Virus record (IMG/VR): IMGVR_UViG_3300037424_000402
Coordinates: 1 to 57,910 of that record
Source of the DNA: a virus
Taxonomy: Duplodnaviria; Caudoviricetes
DNA: 57,910 nt
Reading direction: 5' to 3' (one strand)
Below are positions 26,293-36,199 of this stretch, piece by piece. The position numbers and the translations under genes were made by a program. Within the stretch, counting starts at the first letter, position 1; every line of letters starts with the position of its first letter. The notes beneath the pieces are model-generated. The model made no database searches and was not told the origin of the DNA. It was given only the letters and a program-made list of their open reading frames with translations.

Positions 26293-27702
26293 CTAGGCGG
26301 CGGTCGGTGCGGGCGGCGCGATCGTGGCCGCGATGTCCACTCCGCGCGACTTCGCGAGACCCTCGACGGTCGCGAAGAGCCTCTGCACGTAGGCCACATT
26401 GGCGGGGTTCCCCGCCCACGCCTCGCCGAGCCGCTTCCGCAGCGCGTCGATGAGACCACCCTCGTGCTGTGTCTGGGTCACGAACTCCGGAGATCCGATC
26501 GCTTCCACGATGGACTCCGCGAGATCGTTCGGATCTTCGAGTTCCCGGATGCTCTGTGCGAGGACGTCGAGCATCTGCGATGCGGTCATCTCGACTTCTT
26601 CCTCCACTTCCTCGGTCGGCTGCGGTGCAGCCCTCGGCGCGGCGCGCGGTGGAGCGATCTGACGTTGCGGCATCTGAGGAGGCTGCGCAGCGCGAGAGGC
26701 GTTCTCTGCCCACGCCGCGATCCCCACCTTCAGCACGCCCATGAGCGACTCGTCCTGTGGCGGCTCTTGGCGAAGCTCGCCGACCATCGCCACGGTCTGC
26801 ACCATCGATCGCGCGACGGTCGAGAGCGATTCGGTGAAGACGCCGATCACCTTGGCCGACTCCGTGGACTGCGTTGCGATCTTCTCCATGAGCGCGGATT
26901 CGCGTTGCTGCCGCGCCTCGTCCGTCTTCGCCTCGCGGCCGAGCCGAGCCTCTTCGGCCCGCGCCTCTCTCTCCCGAGACGCCGACGACGCCTCGATCAT
27001 CTTCGCCACGATCGGGGCAATCACGACCCCGGCGGCGGCGATGAACTTCTCCAGATCGAACGACGGCGCCTGGTTCTGGATCGCCATCGCGGCGATCCGA
27101 GCATCGATCGCCTTCATCGAGGCTTCGCTCTCGCGGCGGACCGCATCGAGTTCCATCCGGTGACGTTGCTCGGAGAGAGCCTCACGCTCGCGCTGAAGTT
27201 GTAGCAGAAGGGCGGATCCCCCATCACTGCCTGTCGGCAGGGTCGGCGTGACCTCGTGGGAGGGGGATCCGCCCATCTTGCCGTTCGTCCCCGGTTGCGT
27301 CTTCGGCTTGTTCATTCCAGGGACGAACTGGATTTTCATGTTGGACGGCCACTCGGGAAGCTCTGCGACGCGCGGGTTCGGAGGGAGAATGTCACCCGCG
27401 ATCGCAGGGATCTGGTAGAGCGCGGAGAAGATCCCAGTTGCCTTGTCCTTCGCATGCTGGACTTGCAGGACGTAGTACGGTGACCCACCGGCGAGGAGAG
27501 AGATCCACGCCTCGGGATTCATCACCTGTTCGAGCGTGACGTAATCCACGACGGCGATCGTCTCGGGCGCACCGCCGGACGACGGTCTGCGCATGATGCG
27601 CACGCGGAACTCGTCGCCGTCCGCTTGCATCCGCTCGGTGAGAGAGATCGCCGCCTGCGCGCTTGTCGTCGCGATGTCGGGATTCGTGAAAGTCGGGTTC
27701 AT
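26293..27702 (-). CDS. Large coiled-coil/Pro-rich protein (assembly scaffold-like)
   Basis: AGGAG RBS; central coiled coils flanking a hydrophobic helix. Confidence 0.7.
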   Translation of the reverse strand: MNPTFTNPDIATTSAQAAISLTERMQADGDEFRVRIMRRPSSGGAPETIAVVDYVTLEQVMNPEAWISLLAGGSPYYVLQVQHAKDKATGIFSALYQIPAIAGDILPPNPRVAELPEWPSNMKIQFVPGMNKPKTQPGTNGKMGGSPSHEVTPTLPTGSDGGSALLLQLQREREALSEQRHRMELDAVRRESEASMKAIDARIAAMAIQNQAPSFDLEKFIAAAGVVIAPIVAKMIEASSASREREARAEEARLGREAKTDEARQQRESALMEKIATQSTESAKVIGVFTESLSTVARSMVQTVAMVGELRQEPPQDESLMGVLKVGIAAWAENASRAAQPPQMPQRQIAPPRAAPRAAPQPTEEVEEEVEMTASQMLDVLAQSIRELEDPNDLAESIVEAIGSPEFVTQTQHEGGLIDALRKRLGEAWAGNPANVAYVQRLFATVEGLAKSRGVDIAATIAPPAPTAA

Positions 27703-27713
27703 GATCGGATCTC

Positions 27714-28004
27714 CTACGGTGTGGCGGCTTGCTGTGTCGCCTCGGGATCTTCTTCTTCGTCGCCGCCGAACGACTCCTCGGCGACTGCGGCGATGCGAGC
27801 CAGGGCGATCGCCTGCACGAGATCACCGCACGCGCCGCCGAGAGGATGTTGCGGATCGCCGATGAAGAGCGCGCACTGAGGTCCCATACACGGGACGAGG
27901 TGCTGCAACATCTGTGTCGCTTGCGGCTTCATGTCGGAGCCGATCGCGAGCGTGGACTTCGGCGGCTCGATGATCGTCAGCCGATGGCAGAATGGTGTCT
28001 TCAT
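27714..28004 (-). CDS. Small Cys-containing protein
   Basis: FCHRL...PCMGPQCALF...GAC. Confidence 0.6.
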   Translation of the reverse strand: MKTPFCHRLTIIEPPKSTLAIGSDMKPQATQMLQHLVPCMGPQCALFIGDPQHPLGGACGDLVQAIALARIAAVAEESFGGDEEEDPEATQQAATP

Positions 28005-28014
28005 TGGGGACCCT

Positions 28015-28332
28015 TCAGATCAGCGCGGTTAGCTTCGCCAGGACGTAGTTCGTCCCCGCGATGTAGAGACCCCACGCAATTGCGAGGATCGGATGATGAA
28101 GCGGGGAGAGGAGCACGAGGATCGGGACGTAACCAAACCAACCGGCCACGAAGCCGATCCAGAATCCGAGACACGCCGGGCACTCGATGAGCGTGATCAA
28201 CCAGAAGCGTGGCCCAGCCATCTTCGGCGGATCTCCGGCGATCCACCGGCGGACCGGGAGCGAGACCACCGAGTGCCCAATGCAATAAACCAGACCGAAG
28301 CATGCCATTGTGAAGAAGATCAGATCGATCAT
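28015..28332 (-). CDS. Membrane protein with CxxC (DUF1360-like)
   Basis: LITLIECPACLGFWIG; about three TM segments. Confidence 0.7.
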   Translation of the reverse strand: MIDLIFFTMACFGLVYCIGHSVVSLPVRRWIAGDPPKMAGPRFWLITLIECPACLGFWIGFVAGWFGYVPILVLLSPLHHPILAIAWGLYIAGTNYVLAKLTALI

Positions 28333-28637
28333 TTCCGCTCTCCTGACCTGACACCTTCGATCCACGTCTCGATCTCATCGACGGTCAGACCGCCGACATG
28401 GACGAACGCCTCGCGACCGTAGCGCAGGACGTATGTCGGCGTCGCCTTCACTTTGATCCCCAGCCTCGCAGGATACGGCCCCTCGGCTTGGAGACGGAGC
28501 ACCATCATCGACGTCTTCTTCACGAACTTGTCGAGATCGGGCTCTGCCTCTGCGCAGGCTTCACATGAGGTCGAATAGATGAAGATCAGATCGGTGAAGG
28601 GTTCGATCTGAAGCGCCGACGCGGCTCCGCCGATCAC
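28329..28637 (-). CDS. Thioredoxin-fold protein
   Basis: IFIYSTSCEAC active-site motif and VKATPT cis-Pro loop. Confidence 0.75.
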   Translation of the reverse strand: MIGGAASALQIEPFTDLIFIYSTSCEACAEAEPDLDKFVKKTSMMVLRLQAEGPYPARLGIKVKATPTYVLRYGREAFVHVGGLTVDEIETWIEGVRSGERK

Positions 28638-28999
28638 TTGAACTTCTCGGCGGCGAAGAATCCGATCGCGATCCCAGCGGTCACTCCGCCAAGCCAAAGC
28701 CACCAGCCGGGCGATCGGACTGTCGCCTTCTGGACTTCGAGATCGACGATGCACGTCGTCAGCGCGTTCTTGCACTTGTCGGCGTCTTCCGCGATCTTCT
28801 GCATCGACGCATCGGAGACCCAGAATCCGGGCACCCCCTCGCCCTCGACCACTCCGGGGCCACGCCAGCGAACCCGCAAGTAGTTCGCCGGAGCATCCGC
28901 AGGGAGTGCGCACTCCGGTATGACCGGTTCATCGGCCCTTGCCTGGGGGACGAAGGGCAGCGCGACGATGAGCGCGAGGAGGAGAGCGAGGGGGCGCAC
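28634..28999 (-). CDS. Exported protein with C-terminal TM (spanin-like topology)
   Basis: Signal peptide, short coiled coil, WWLWLGGVTAGIAIG. Confidence 0.55.
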   Translation of the reverse strand: MRPLALLLALIVALPFVPQARADEPVIPECALPADAPANYLRVRWRGPGVVEGEGVPGFWVSDASMQKIAEDADKCKNALTTCIVDLEVQKATVRSPGWWLWLGGVTAGIAIGFFAAEKFK

Positions 29000-29005
29000 C
29001 GGAAC

Positions 29006-29383
29006 CTATCCGCCCTGACCGAGCACGGTCCGCGCGGCGTCTTCCGGCGTGCGGGTCGCCGCCTTGGCGGCTTCGATCTGGCCGTCCACGAGCTTGAGCT
29101 TCACGAGCGTCCGGCTGATCTCGTAGCTGATCTTGCCGACGAGCGCCGCGATGCCGCCGACGACGGCGGCCCACTGGAGGAACTTCGAGCCCTCCGGGAT
29201 CACCTTCGTCACCTGCAAGAGCGCGTCGCCCACGAAGGCGGTGGCGGAGACGACCGACGCGAGGATCATGAACACCTTGTGCCAGAGGTGTTCGGACGTG
29301 GTGTGCCCAGCGTCGCCTGGGTTCGTCTGATCGGTCGGGGGCTCGACGGGCGGATCGGCTGGGGTTGGGATCGGATCTGCCAT
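29006..29383 (-). CDS. Two-TM holin-like protein
   Basis: GHTTSEHLW followed by two hydrophobic helices. Confidence 0.55.
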   Translation of the reverse strand: MADPIPTPADPPVEPPTDQTNPGDAGHTTSEHLWHKVFMILASVVSATAFVGDALLQVTKVIPEGSKFLQWAAVVGGIAALVGKISYEISRTLVKLKLVDGQIEAAKAATRTPEDAARTVLGQGG

Positions 29384-29385
29384 GG

Positions 29386-29640
29386 CTATTTCACCTTTTC
29401 GACGTTGGAGATCGAGATCGTGATGTCGCCGATCCCGTTTGCGACATGACCACTGGTAGCTATGAGAACGACACGATCGTCGAGCATCACCATCTTCGAG
29501 AGACACCCGACGATCACATTCACGACGTCGTGTGGAACTCCGCCGTCCCCCGGAGACCTCTCGGTCGAATCTTGGATCGTGAGCATCGCCTTCTGGGGAT
29601 CGTCGGCGCAGAATTTCCGAGACCATGACATCGGGATCAC
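29386..29640 (-). CDS. Hypothetical protein
   Basis: Tight operon packing; AAGGAG RBS. Confidence 0.55.
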   Translation of the reverse strand: MIPMSWSRKFCADDPQKAMLTIQDSTERSPGDGGVPHDVVNVIVGCLSKMVMLDDRVVLIATSGHVANGIGDITISISNVEKVK

Positions 29641-30227
29641 TCCTTTCGACCCTGCGCCATTCTCATGATCGTATCGAAGGCTGCGGACCCGATGCGCTGA
29701 TCGGATCGTGACCGGGACTTGAAGCGCTGATCGTTCTCAGGGCAGCCTCCGTAAAAGGCAGCGGCGACGGGAACTCGCTCGCTCTCTGTGAATGCAGCGC
29801 AGATCCCGAAATCGTATTGGATCGATGCGTTCACCGATAGCAGATCATCGGGCGTCACGGATAGCGATCCGGACTTGCGGCCGAGTAGCTCACCGCGCAT
29901 CGCATCGAGTTGCTTCTGCCCGGCGACGGTGTCGGAGATCGCGGCGAGATGTTTCAGGTACGCATCGCGTCGCCAGTGTTCGCACAGTTCACAGCGTGTC
30001 GCGGCGGCTTGGGCGACTTCACCGGCGGTTGTGTCCACGCCGACCATGCCTCGCAGGCTTCCCGCTGCGGCGCCGGAGCCGGGCGCAACGGCTTCGGAGG
30101 AGATGTTCACCTCGACGGGCATCGAGAATGCCTCGGTGGCGGGGCGCTCTTCTGGTTCGAGCGGCGTGCCCGCGTCGTCGCGCGTGGCGGGGATGACTCG
30201 CAGTAACTCACCCCCGGAGGTTTTCAC
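29637..30227 (-). CDS. Hypothetical Cys-containing protein
   Basis: CELCEHW...GIC...GGCP. Confidence 0.6.
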   Translation of the reverse strand: MKTSGGELLRVIPATRDDAGTPLEPEERPATEAFSMPVEVNISSEAVAPGSGAAAGSLRGMVGVDTTAGEVAQAAATRCELCEHWRRDAYLKHLAAISDTVAGQKQLDAMRGELLGRKSGSLSVTPDDLLSVNASIQYDFGICAAFTESERVPVAAAFYGGCPENDQRFKSRSRSDQRIGSAAFDTIMRMAQGRKE

Positions 30228-30553
30228 GCGACCTCCGGCATCGGCATGTCGGGCACGTTGATCGTCGCCTCGCTACGGCGCGCTTCATCGAGCGCACACC
30301 AGACGTTGCGCATCGACTCCGAGAGCGCCCGCTGCGCAACCCCTCGCGCGTCGGAGTAGGCTTTCAAGGCGGCGCTCTGGTAGGCACCATCGAGCGCGTT
30401 CACCGCCAGCGAAGCCAGCAAAAGCTCCCGCGCGGCTTGGTTCACGTTGAGTCCCTGCGCAAGCGCGTACGCTCTCAGTGAATTGAAATGCGCGCCGCTC
30501 ACGTCGAGCGAAACCCGCGTCGATTCTCGTTCGGTGGCGCTGCGTCGTCCCAT
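30224..30553 (-). CDS. Ribbon-helix-helix-like regulator
   Basis: TRVSLDVSGAHFNSLRAYALAQGLNVNQAARELL; first gene of the - strand block. Confidence 0.6.
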   Translation of the reverse strand: MGRRSATERESTRVSLDVSGAHFNSLRAYALAQGLNVNQAARELLLASLAVNALDGAYQSAALKAYSDARGVAQRALSESMRNVWCALDEARRSEATINVPDMPMPEVA

Positions 30554-30761
30554 GAGCCCCCTGGCCTAGCATGGATACGTCCTGGGGCGATCGTCTCTCT
30601 TGGGTGTGGACTACGCTTCGCACGGGTGCGTGGGGCCACATATGCTATACAGAGGGCGACTATTTTAGGAATTACCAGATCCGTAGATCACATCACAGGG
30701 GGCTCTAATAGTCTCTCTCTGTATAGTATATGAGGGGTCATACAGGTGAGAGAAAGGAGTG

Positions 30762-30781
30762 TCGGATCTAATTAGATCCGA
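30762..30781. promoter_or_regulatory. Perfect 20-bp palindrome in the AT-rich divergent control region
   Basis: TCGGATCTAATTAGATCCGA. Confidence 0.7.
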
Positions 30782-30852
30782 TTCGATGTCACTCTCGGGA
30801 CGCCACCGGAAAGACCCAGAAGTGACAATAAGTATTCCCAGGAGACGCGATC

Positions 30853-31734
30853 ATGGATTCGGAGAATACGGGAAACCGGGAAGTGAACCTCGCACCGTTC
30901 ACGGAGTGGCTCGTGTCGAAGGAGAAGAAAGCACCAGCTACGGCGAACGTCTACACTGCCACGGTCCGAGCCGCGATCCGTGTGATCGGGACCTCCCCGA
31001 CGGTTGAGGAATTGGAGTATTACGCAAGTCGCTTCGCTGCCGGGACCCGAGCCACCTTCCGCACCTCGTGGAGACACCTCGTCCGATACGGGAAGGAGCA
31101 CGGTGCCACCATCGTGGACGTCGTCACCTCACGTCCAGACCTCACCTTGGAGGGGCGAAGGAAGCTGCAAGAGAGCATCCCCGTTGAGACACAGCGCCCC
31201 TCACCTGTTCCGCTCGTGGTGATCGGAGCGATCATCTATCTGTCCCGATGCCCAGGAACCGATCTTCTCAAGTCAACTTGGAGTGATGTAACTCTCCGTA
31301 ACAGTGAGACACGGATCGCTTGCCAGCGGTACGGAGGAGAGTACGTCGTAGCAGCCGAGCCCGTCGCAGCACTCCGCGCGTGGGCGAAACCGACGTCGGA
31401 CGCCTCTCCTCTTCTCCCTGACAAGCCGGGGTCAGGGACGCCGATGCCTTGGATGTTCGGCCTTCATCGGATCTTCAGGGCTTGGGATCCGCAGCCTGGA
31501 GAGAAGAACCCGAAGGCGAAGACGCTCCCCTTCGCCGACCTCTCCGAGCCCATCTTGGATCAGTCGATGTGCCCACCGCCCCCGCCGCCCGATCCGAACG
31601 AATTGAGCTTCGATGCGTGGGTCTCCAAGAGCGCCAGGGAGGTCAGGGAGGCAAAGGCCGCCGCCGCGCGGACGCGCCCCCCTCTCACCAGCGTTTCCGC
31701 CCCCGACTTGACGGGCAGGGGTAGCAAGGAGTAG
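30853..31734 (+). CDS. Degenerate tyrosine-recombinase-like DNA-binding protein
   Basis: FTEWL...APATANVY SAM-like domain; LLKSTWSDV and ALRAW...PLLP patches; no HxxR/Tyr catalytic C-terminus seen. Confidence 0.5.
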   Translation: MDSENTGNREVNLAPFTEWLVSKEKKAPATANVYTATVRAAIRVIGTSPTVEELEYYASRFAAGTRATFRTSWRHLVRYGKEHGATIVDVVTSRPDLTLEGRRKLQESIPVETQRPSPVPLVVIGAIIYLSRCPGTDLLKSTWSDVTLRNSETRIACQRYGGEYVVAAEPVAALRAWAKPTSDASPLLPDKPGSGTPMPWMFGLHRIFRAWDPQPGEKNPKAKTLPFADLSEPILDQSMCPPPPPPDPNELSFDAWVSKSAREVREAKAAAARTRPPLTSVSAPDLTGRGSKE

Positions 31735-31777
31735 ACCGGCAGGCTGGGATGACACGCAGGATCCGAGGCTCTTCTCT

Positions 31778-33061
31778 GTGCCACTCAGTGAAAGTGCGAT
31801 AACCCCGTTCGTCGAAAAGCTCCCGGTGGAATCGTGGCTTCGATCGTATCTGGGCTATTGTTATAACTCCACGGATGCGAATCTTGCCTACCACCTCGGA
31901 GCGGGGCTCTCCTTGCTATCACAGACCGTCCCCGCCAATATGATCGTGCCATTCTACGGCAACGGATTACATCTCAATCTCTTCGTGCTTCTGATCGGCG
32001 ACTCGACCGAGGCGCGAAAAACCACGACGATCGATATCGCTTACAAGATCATGTATGAGACACGAAGAGACTCGTGCCTCCTTCCTACTGGATCTTGGGA
32101 ACGCTTCCTCGACATCGTGATCGAGAGACCCCAGGCGATCCTCTTCGATGCTGACTTCGGCGCGTCGCTGTCCATGATGAGCCGAAACTACCTTCAAGGC
32201 ATGAAGGGGCTTTTTCTAAAGTTGTACGACTGCTCCGCGATCTCGGGGGACACGCGAGAGAAGAAGAGGAACAAGATAACATCGGTCGTCGAGAATCCTC
32301 ACATCTCCTCGCTAGTCGGCGTAACACCGTCGCAGCTTGAGGAGGACACCACCACGAACGATTGGGCTGGCGGCTATCTTGCTCGCTTCCTGACGATCTT
32401 CGCTGCACGCGAGCGTCCTAGCAAGAAGTACGTCCAGAACACAGCAAGTGAAGAGCAATTGTGGATCCGGCTTCGATCCATGCTGTCTGGTGATCCAAAC
32501 GATGTCCTACGCGTCAACCGTGTCGGGAAGTGCCTGGAGATAGATGAAGGAGCGTGGACGTTACTGAACGCCTTCGAGGCGGAGATGAGATCGGAAGCGG
32601 GTCGGTCGGCCCGGGGGATCAAGGCCGGGATCAACCGATCAGCGGCGATGGCAGCGAAGATCGCCGGGCTCCTGGCGTGGGACTTCGGGCCGGCGCGGAG
32701 CGGCGAAGACTGGACCCTCACCCCCGAATTCTTGGAACTCGGGATCGATGTTGTGCGAAATGTCCACGTCGCGAGTCTCAACGAGATCGCGAAGACGATC
32801 TCCGCAGATCCCCGGGAACGGCTGAAGTTGCGGGTCCTGCGGGCGATCCAGATCGATCCAACACCTTACTACGTGATCCTACGCGCGAATTCGGGGATGC
32901 AGGCGCGCGAGCTTTACAACTGGCTCGAAACGCTCACCAAGGAGCGGCTGATCGTCAGGTGTCCCCTGATCCCGGGGGAGAGCGATCATTCATATCGACG
33001 GTGGACAGCCGACGATGATATCATGTCACCGCTTGTCAGCGATGACATCTTCGCGATGTGA
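31778..33061 (+). CDS. DUF3987/YfjI-like P-loop replicative helicase domain protein
   Basis: LNLFVLLIGDSTEARKTT, FLKLYD, ISSLVGVTP, GGYLARFL; C-terminal wHTH. Confidence 0.75.
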   Translation: MPLSESAITPFVEKLPVESWLRSYLGYCYNSTDANLAYHLGAGLSLLSQTVPANMIVPFYGNGLHLNLFVLLIGDSTEARKTTTIDIAYKIMYETRRDSCLLPTGSWERFLDIVIERPQAILFDADFGASLSMMSRNYLQGMKGLFLKLYDCSAISGDTREKKRNKITSVVENPHISSLVGVTPSQLEEDTTTNDWAGGYLARFLTIFAARERPSKKYVQNTASEEQLWIRLRSMLSGDPNDVLRVNRVGKCLEIDEGAWTLLNAFEAEMRSEAGRSARGIKAGINRSAAMAAKIAGLLAWDFGPARSGEDWTLTPEFLELGIDVVRNVHVASLNEIAKTISADPRERLKLRVLRAIQIDPTPYYVILRANSGMQARELYNWLETLTKERLIVRCPLIPGESDHSYRRWTADDDIMSPLVSDDIFAM

Positions 33062-33067
33062 GGAGTG

Positions 33068-34435
33068 ATGTCGAACTTCCGGATCAAACACGGTGACGCC
33101 AGAGAGATCCTCGCCCAGATCAGAGCGAACTCGATCGACGCGATCGTCTGCGATCCGCCGGCCGGGATCTCCTTCATGGGGAAAGAGTGGGATCACGACT
33201 ACGGGCACCGCGACGAGTGGATCAAGGCGTTCGCGGGGGTGTTCGCGCTTGCGCTGAAGGCGCTGAAGCCCGGCGCGCACGGGCTCGTTTGGGCGTTGCC
33301 TCGCACATCCCACTGGACGGCGACCGCGCTCGAAGATGCCGGGTTCGAGATCCGCGACGTTGTCATGCATTTGTTCGGGACAGGTTTTCCCAAATCGCTC
33401 GACGTGAGCAAAGCTATCGACGCGAAGCTCGGGGCCGATCGCGAAGTGATCGGTGAGGATCCCGATTACGCGCGGCGGAATCCGAACGGGAAATACGGCC
33501 TCTCCGTGAGCGGTAACGACAACGAACAGATCCGCGCCGCGACGAAGCCGATCACCACACCGGGCTCCCCCGAGGCGGCCCGCTTCGTAGGGTGGGGTAC
33601 CGCGCTGAAGCCCGCCGCCGAGCATTGGATCTTGATCAGGAAGCCAATCATCGGGACGATTGCGGCGAATGTGCTCGCGCACGGCACCGGCGGGTTGAAC
33701 ATCGACGGGTGCCGGATCGCTACTGAAGGGGGGAGTCCGGCGGCAGATCGCCGGGCGTCGTCTCGCGCTTCTGGTAACGCGCCGATGAGTGGAAAGACTG
33801 CGGAGGAGTCGAGTGAAGAGGGGCGGATCGGCAGGCGAGGATCGGCCGAGGTCTACATGGCAGAACGTCCCTCGGAAGCCTTGGGGCGATGGCCCGCGCA
33901 CCTCGCGCTCGACGAGGAAGCCGCCGCGATGCTCGACGCGCAGTCGGGCGTATCCACGTCGGCTGGCGGCCGGATCGGAAAGAAAGCGCAGGGGCCAGTG
34001 ACAAACGTTCCCGCCGGGCAGTTCCGGGCGGGTGATCCAGGCTTCGGCGACACCGGCGGAGCATCGCGATTCTTCTACGTCGCGAAGGCGAGCCGCGCCG
34101 AGCGCGAGGCCGGGCTCGACGACCTTCCGGTGAAGACGGCGGGTGAGGCGACCGGCCGGGTGGACGGCACCGACGGGTTGAAGTCCCCCCGGGCCGGCGC
34201 CGGCCGCACCGGCGGCGCCAGGAATCACCATCCGACCGTGAAGAGCGTCGCGCTCATGCGGTGGCTAATCCGACTCGTCACTCCACCCGGTGGCATCGTG
34301 CTCGACCCGTTCATGGGGAGTGGCTCGACGGGCATCGCCGCTCTATCCGAGGGGATGCAGTTCATCGGCATCGAGCGGGAAGAGGAGTATGTTGAGATCG
34401 CGCGAAAGAGGCTCGAACACGCGGAGCGATCCTAG
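33068..34435 (+). CDS. N6A/N4C DNA methyltransferase (beta class)
   Basis: DPPAG (DPPY variant), HPTVKS, VLDPFMGSGSTG. Confidence 0.9.
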   Translation: MSNFRIKHGDAREILAQIRANSIDAIVCDPPAGISFMGKEWDHDYGHRDEWIKAFAGVFALALKALKPGAHGLVWALPRTSHWTATALEDAGFEIRDVVMHLFGTGFPKSLDVSKAIDAKLGADREVIGEDPDYARRNPNGKYGLSVSGNDNEQIRAATKPITTPGSPEAARFVGWGTALKPAAEHWILIRKPIIGTIAANVLAHGTGGLNIDGCRIATEGGSPAADRRASSRASGNAPMSGKTAEESSEEGRIGRRGSAEVYMAERPSEALGRWPAHLALDEEAAAMLDAQSGVSTSAGGRIGKKAQGPVTNVPAGQFRAGDPGFGDTGGASRFFYVAKASRAEREAGLDDLPVKTAGEATGRVDGTDGLKSPRAGAGRTGGARNHHPTVKSVALMRWLIRLVTPPGGIVLDPFMGSGSTGIAALSEGMQFIGIEREEEYVEIARKRLEHAERS

Positions 34436-36199
34436 ATGTGGCTTGGAATCAGATTCCCGGAGCCGCTCACCGACGTCCAGAAGGCGCGGCTAGCGCAGCT
34501 TCCAGGGCTCTCGTTCCGAGGCGGGTCGGCGTTCATCCCCGATCACTTGCTCGACCCGGTCAAGGAGATGGCCGGGATTCTTGGCATCGCGCACATCCCG
34601 TTCGCCCTGACGTCCAAGGAGATCCGACCGATCGCTATCGATCAGATCCCGTTGCTGCGGGAGTGGGTCCCCAAGTATATGACGCACTACCAGCGGAGCG
34701 GAGTCGAGCACGCGCTGGGGTCGTGGACATCGCAGTCGGGCATGTTCGTGTGGGCCGCCGGCTCGGGGAAGACTCTCGCGTCGATCGCGTGGGCACTCGC
34801 CGCAGGAGAGAAGTCGCGGACGATCGCGATCACGAAGTCGGCCGTACGGTTGCAGTGGCGCGATCAGGTGGAGAGATACAGTCTCGCCCCTTCGATGTCG
34901 TGCGAGTCGCAGAAGGCTTCTGCTCTGCCGGAGTCGGGCTTCGCCGTGATCGGATACGACGTCCTGCCGTTCTGGGCGGATGAGATCCGACGCTGGAAGC
35001 CGCACTCGGTGATCTTCGATGAGTCTCACATTATCAAATCAGGAAAACGCTGGGATGTGCTTACGACACTCGCGCCGAAGTCGGAAGACCTCTTCGCGGG
35101 AGATCAGATCGTCGCACCGACGGCGGAGGAAAAAGTCACCTTCGCTCTGAAAGACAATCGGGCTGCGGCGGCGTTCATCGTCTCGCGCGCGGCGAAGCGT
35201 CGGCTTGCAACCACGGCTACGCCAATCCGCGATCGCGTTCGAGACTTGTGGGCGCAGCTTGATCTCGTTCGGCCGCGCGAGTTCGGACCGTACCTCGGGC
35301 CGCGCGATCAGAAAGCAGGATTTTGCTGGCGCTACTGCGGCGCGACACCCGGCAACTTCGGCGGGATCGACGACTCGCAGAACACCGAGATGCCCGAGCT
35401 TCGCGCCCGGCTGCGGTACGTCTGCCACTACGTCCCCTTCTCCGTGGCGAATCAGGAACTCCCACCGAAGCGCCGCATCGTCACGCTCGTTCGCACGCAG
35501 GAGCAGAACCGCCCCTCTGCCATCGCCGATGACATCCGCCGGGCCGCCCGATCCGGACAGCGGGCCGCCCTCGTCGAGGCGCGGCTCTGGGAAGCCGCCG
35601 CCCGAAAGCGGAAGCGGGTCGGGGATCTCGTTGCCGATGCCCTCGAAGCAAAGCAGAAGGTGATCGTCTTCACTGGCAGGCGACGGGACTGCGATGATTT
35701 GGAAACGGAGATCGCCGGGCGGCTACGTGGTCTCGGACTCGACCGCGACACCTTCTCTCTCTGGGTCGGCCATGGCGGGCACTCGGACACCGCGCGCCGG
35801 GCGATGCAGAAGGACTACCTCGCCGCGCCCGGCCCCGCGGTGCTCATCGGGACGTCCGATGCCTGGAGCGAGGGTCTCGATCTACAGGATACCGATCTCT
35901 TGCTCGTGGCGATGCTCCCGGTCACCCCGGGGCAGGTGATCCAGTTGGAGGGTCGCGTCGTTCGGCTCGGCATGAGACGACCCGTGATGATCCAATATCT
36001 CATCGCGGAATCCACGATCGATGAGCGCGTGGCGCAGATCCTTCTCCGCAAGCTACCTGCGATCGAGAAGATCCTCGACTCGTCCGAGGAGATCGCCGGT
36101 ATCACCCGGGAGCTACAAGGAGCGGACGATGATTCGTTGCTGACCGATCTCGCGGAGTCGATTCTGGCGAGCGCGAAGATCGCTGGGGGAGACAAATGA
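34436..36199 (+). CDS. SNF2-like superfamily 2 helicase
   Basis: AGSGKT, IFDESH, TATP, EGLDLQ, QLEGRVVRLG. Confidence 0.9.
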   Translation: MWLGIRFPEPLTDVQKARLAQLPGLSFRGGSAFIPDHLLDPVKEMAGILGIAHIPFALTSKEIRPIAIDQIPLLREWVPKYMTHYQRSGVEHALGSWTSQSGMFVWAAGSGKTLASIAWALAAGEKSRTIAITKSAVRLQWRDQVERYSLAPSMSCESQKASALPESGFAVIGYDVLPFWADEIRRWKPHSVIFDESHIIKSGKRWDVLTTLAPKSEDLFAGDQIVAPTAEEKVTFALKDNRAAAAFIVSRAAKRRLATTATPIRDRVRDLWAQLDLVRPREFGPYLGPRDQKAGFCWRYCGATPGNFGGIDDSQNTEMPELRARLRYVCHYVPFSVANQELPPKRRIVTLVRTQEQNRPSAIADDIRRAARSGQRAALVEARLWEAAARKRKRVGDLVADALEAKQKVIVFTGRRRDCDDLETEIAGRLRGLGLDRDTFSLWVGHGGHSDTARRAMQKDYLAAPGPAVLIGTSDAWSEGLDLQDTDLLLVAMLPVTPGQVIQLEGRVVRLGMRRPVMIQYLIAESTIDERVAQILLRKLPAIEKILDSSEEIAGITRELQGADDDSLLTDLAESILASAKIAGGDK

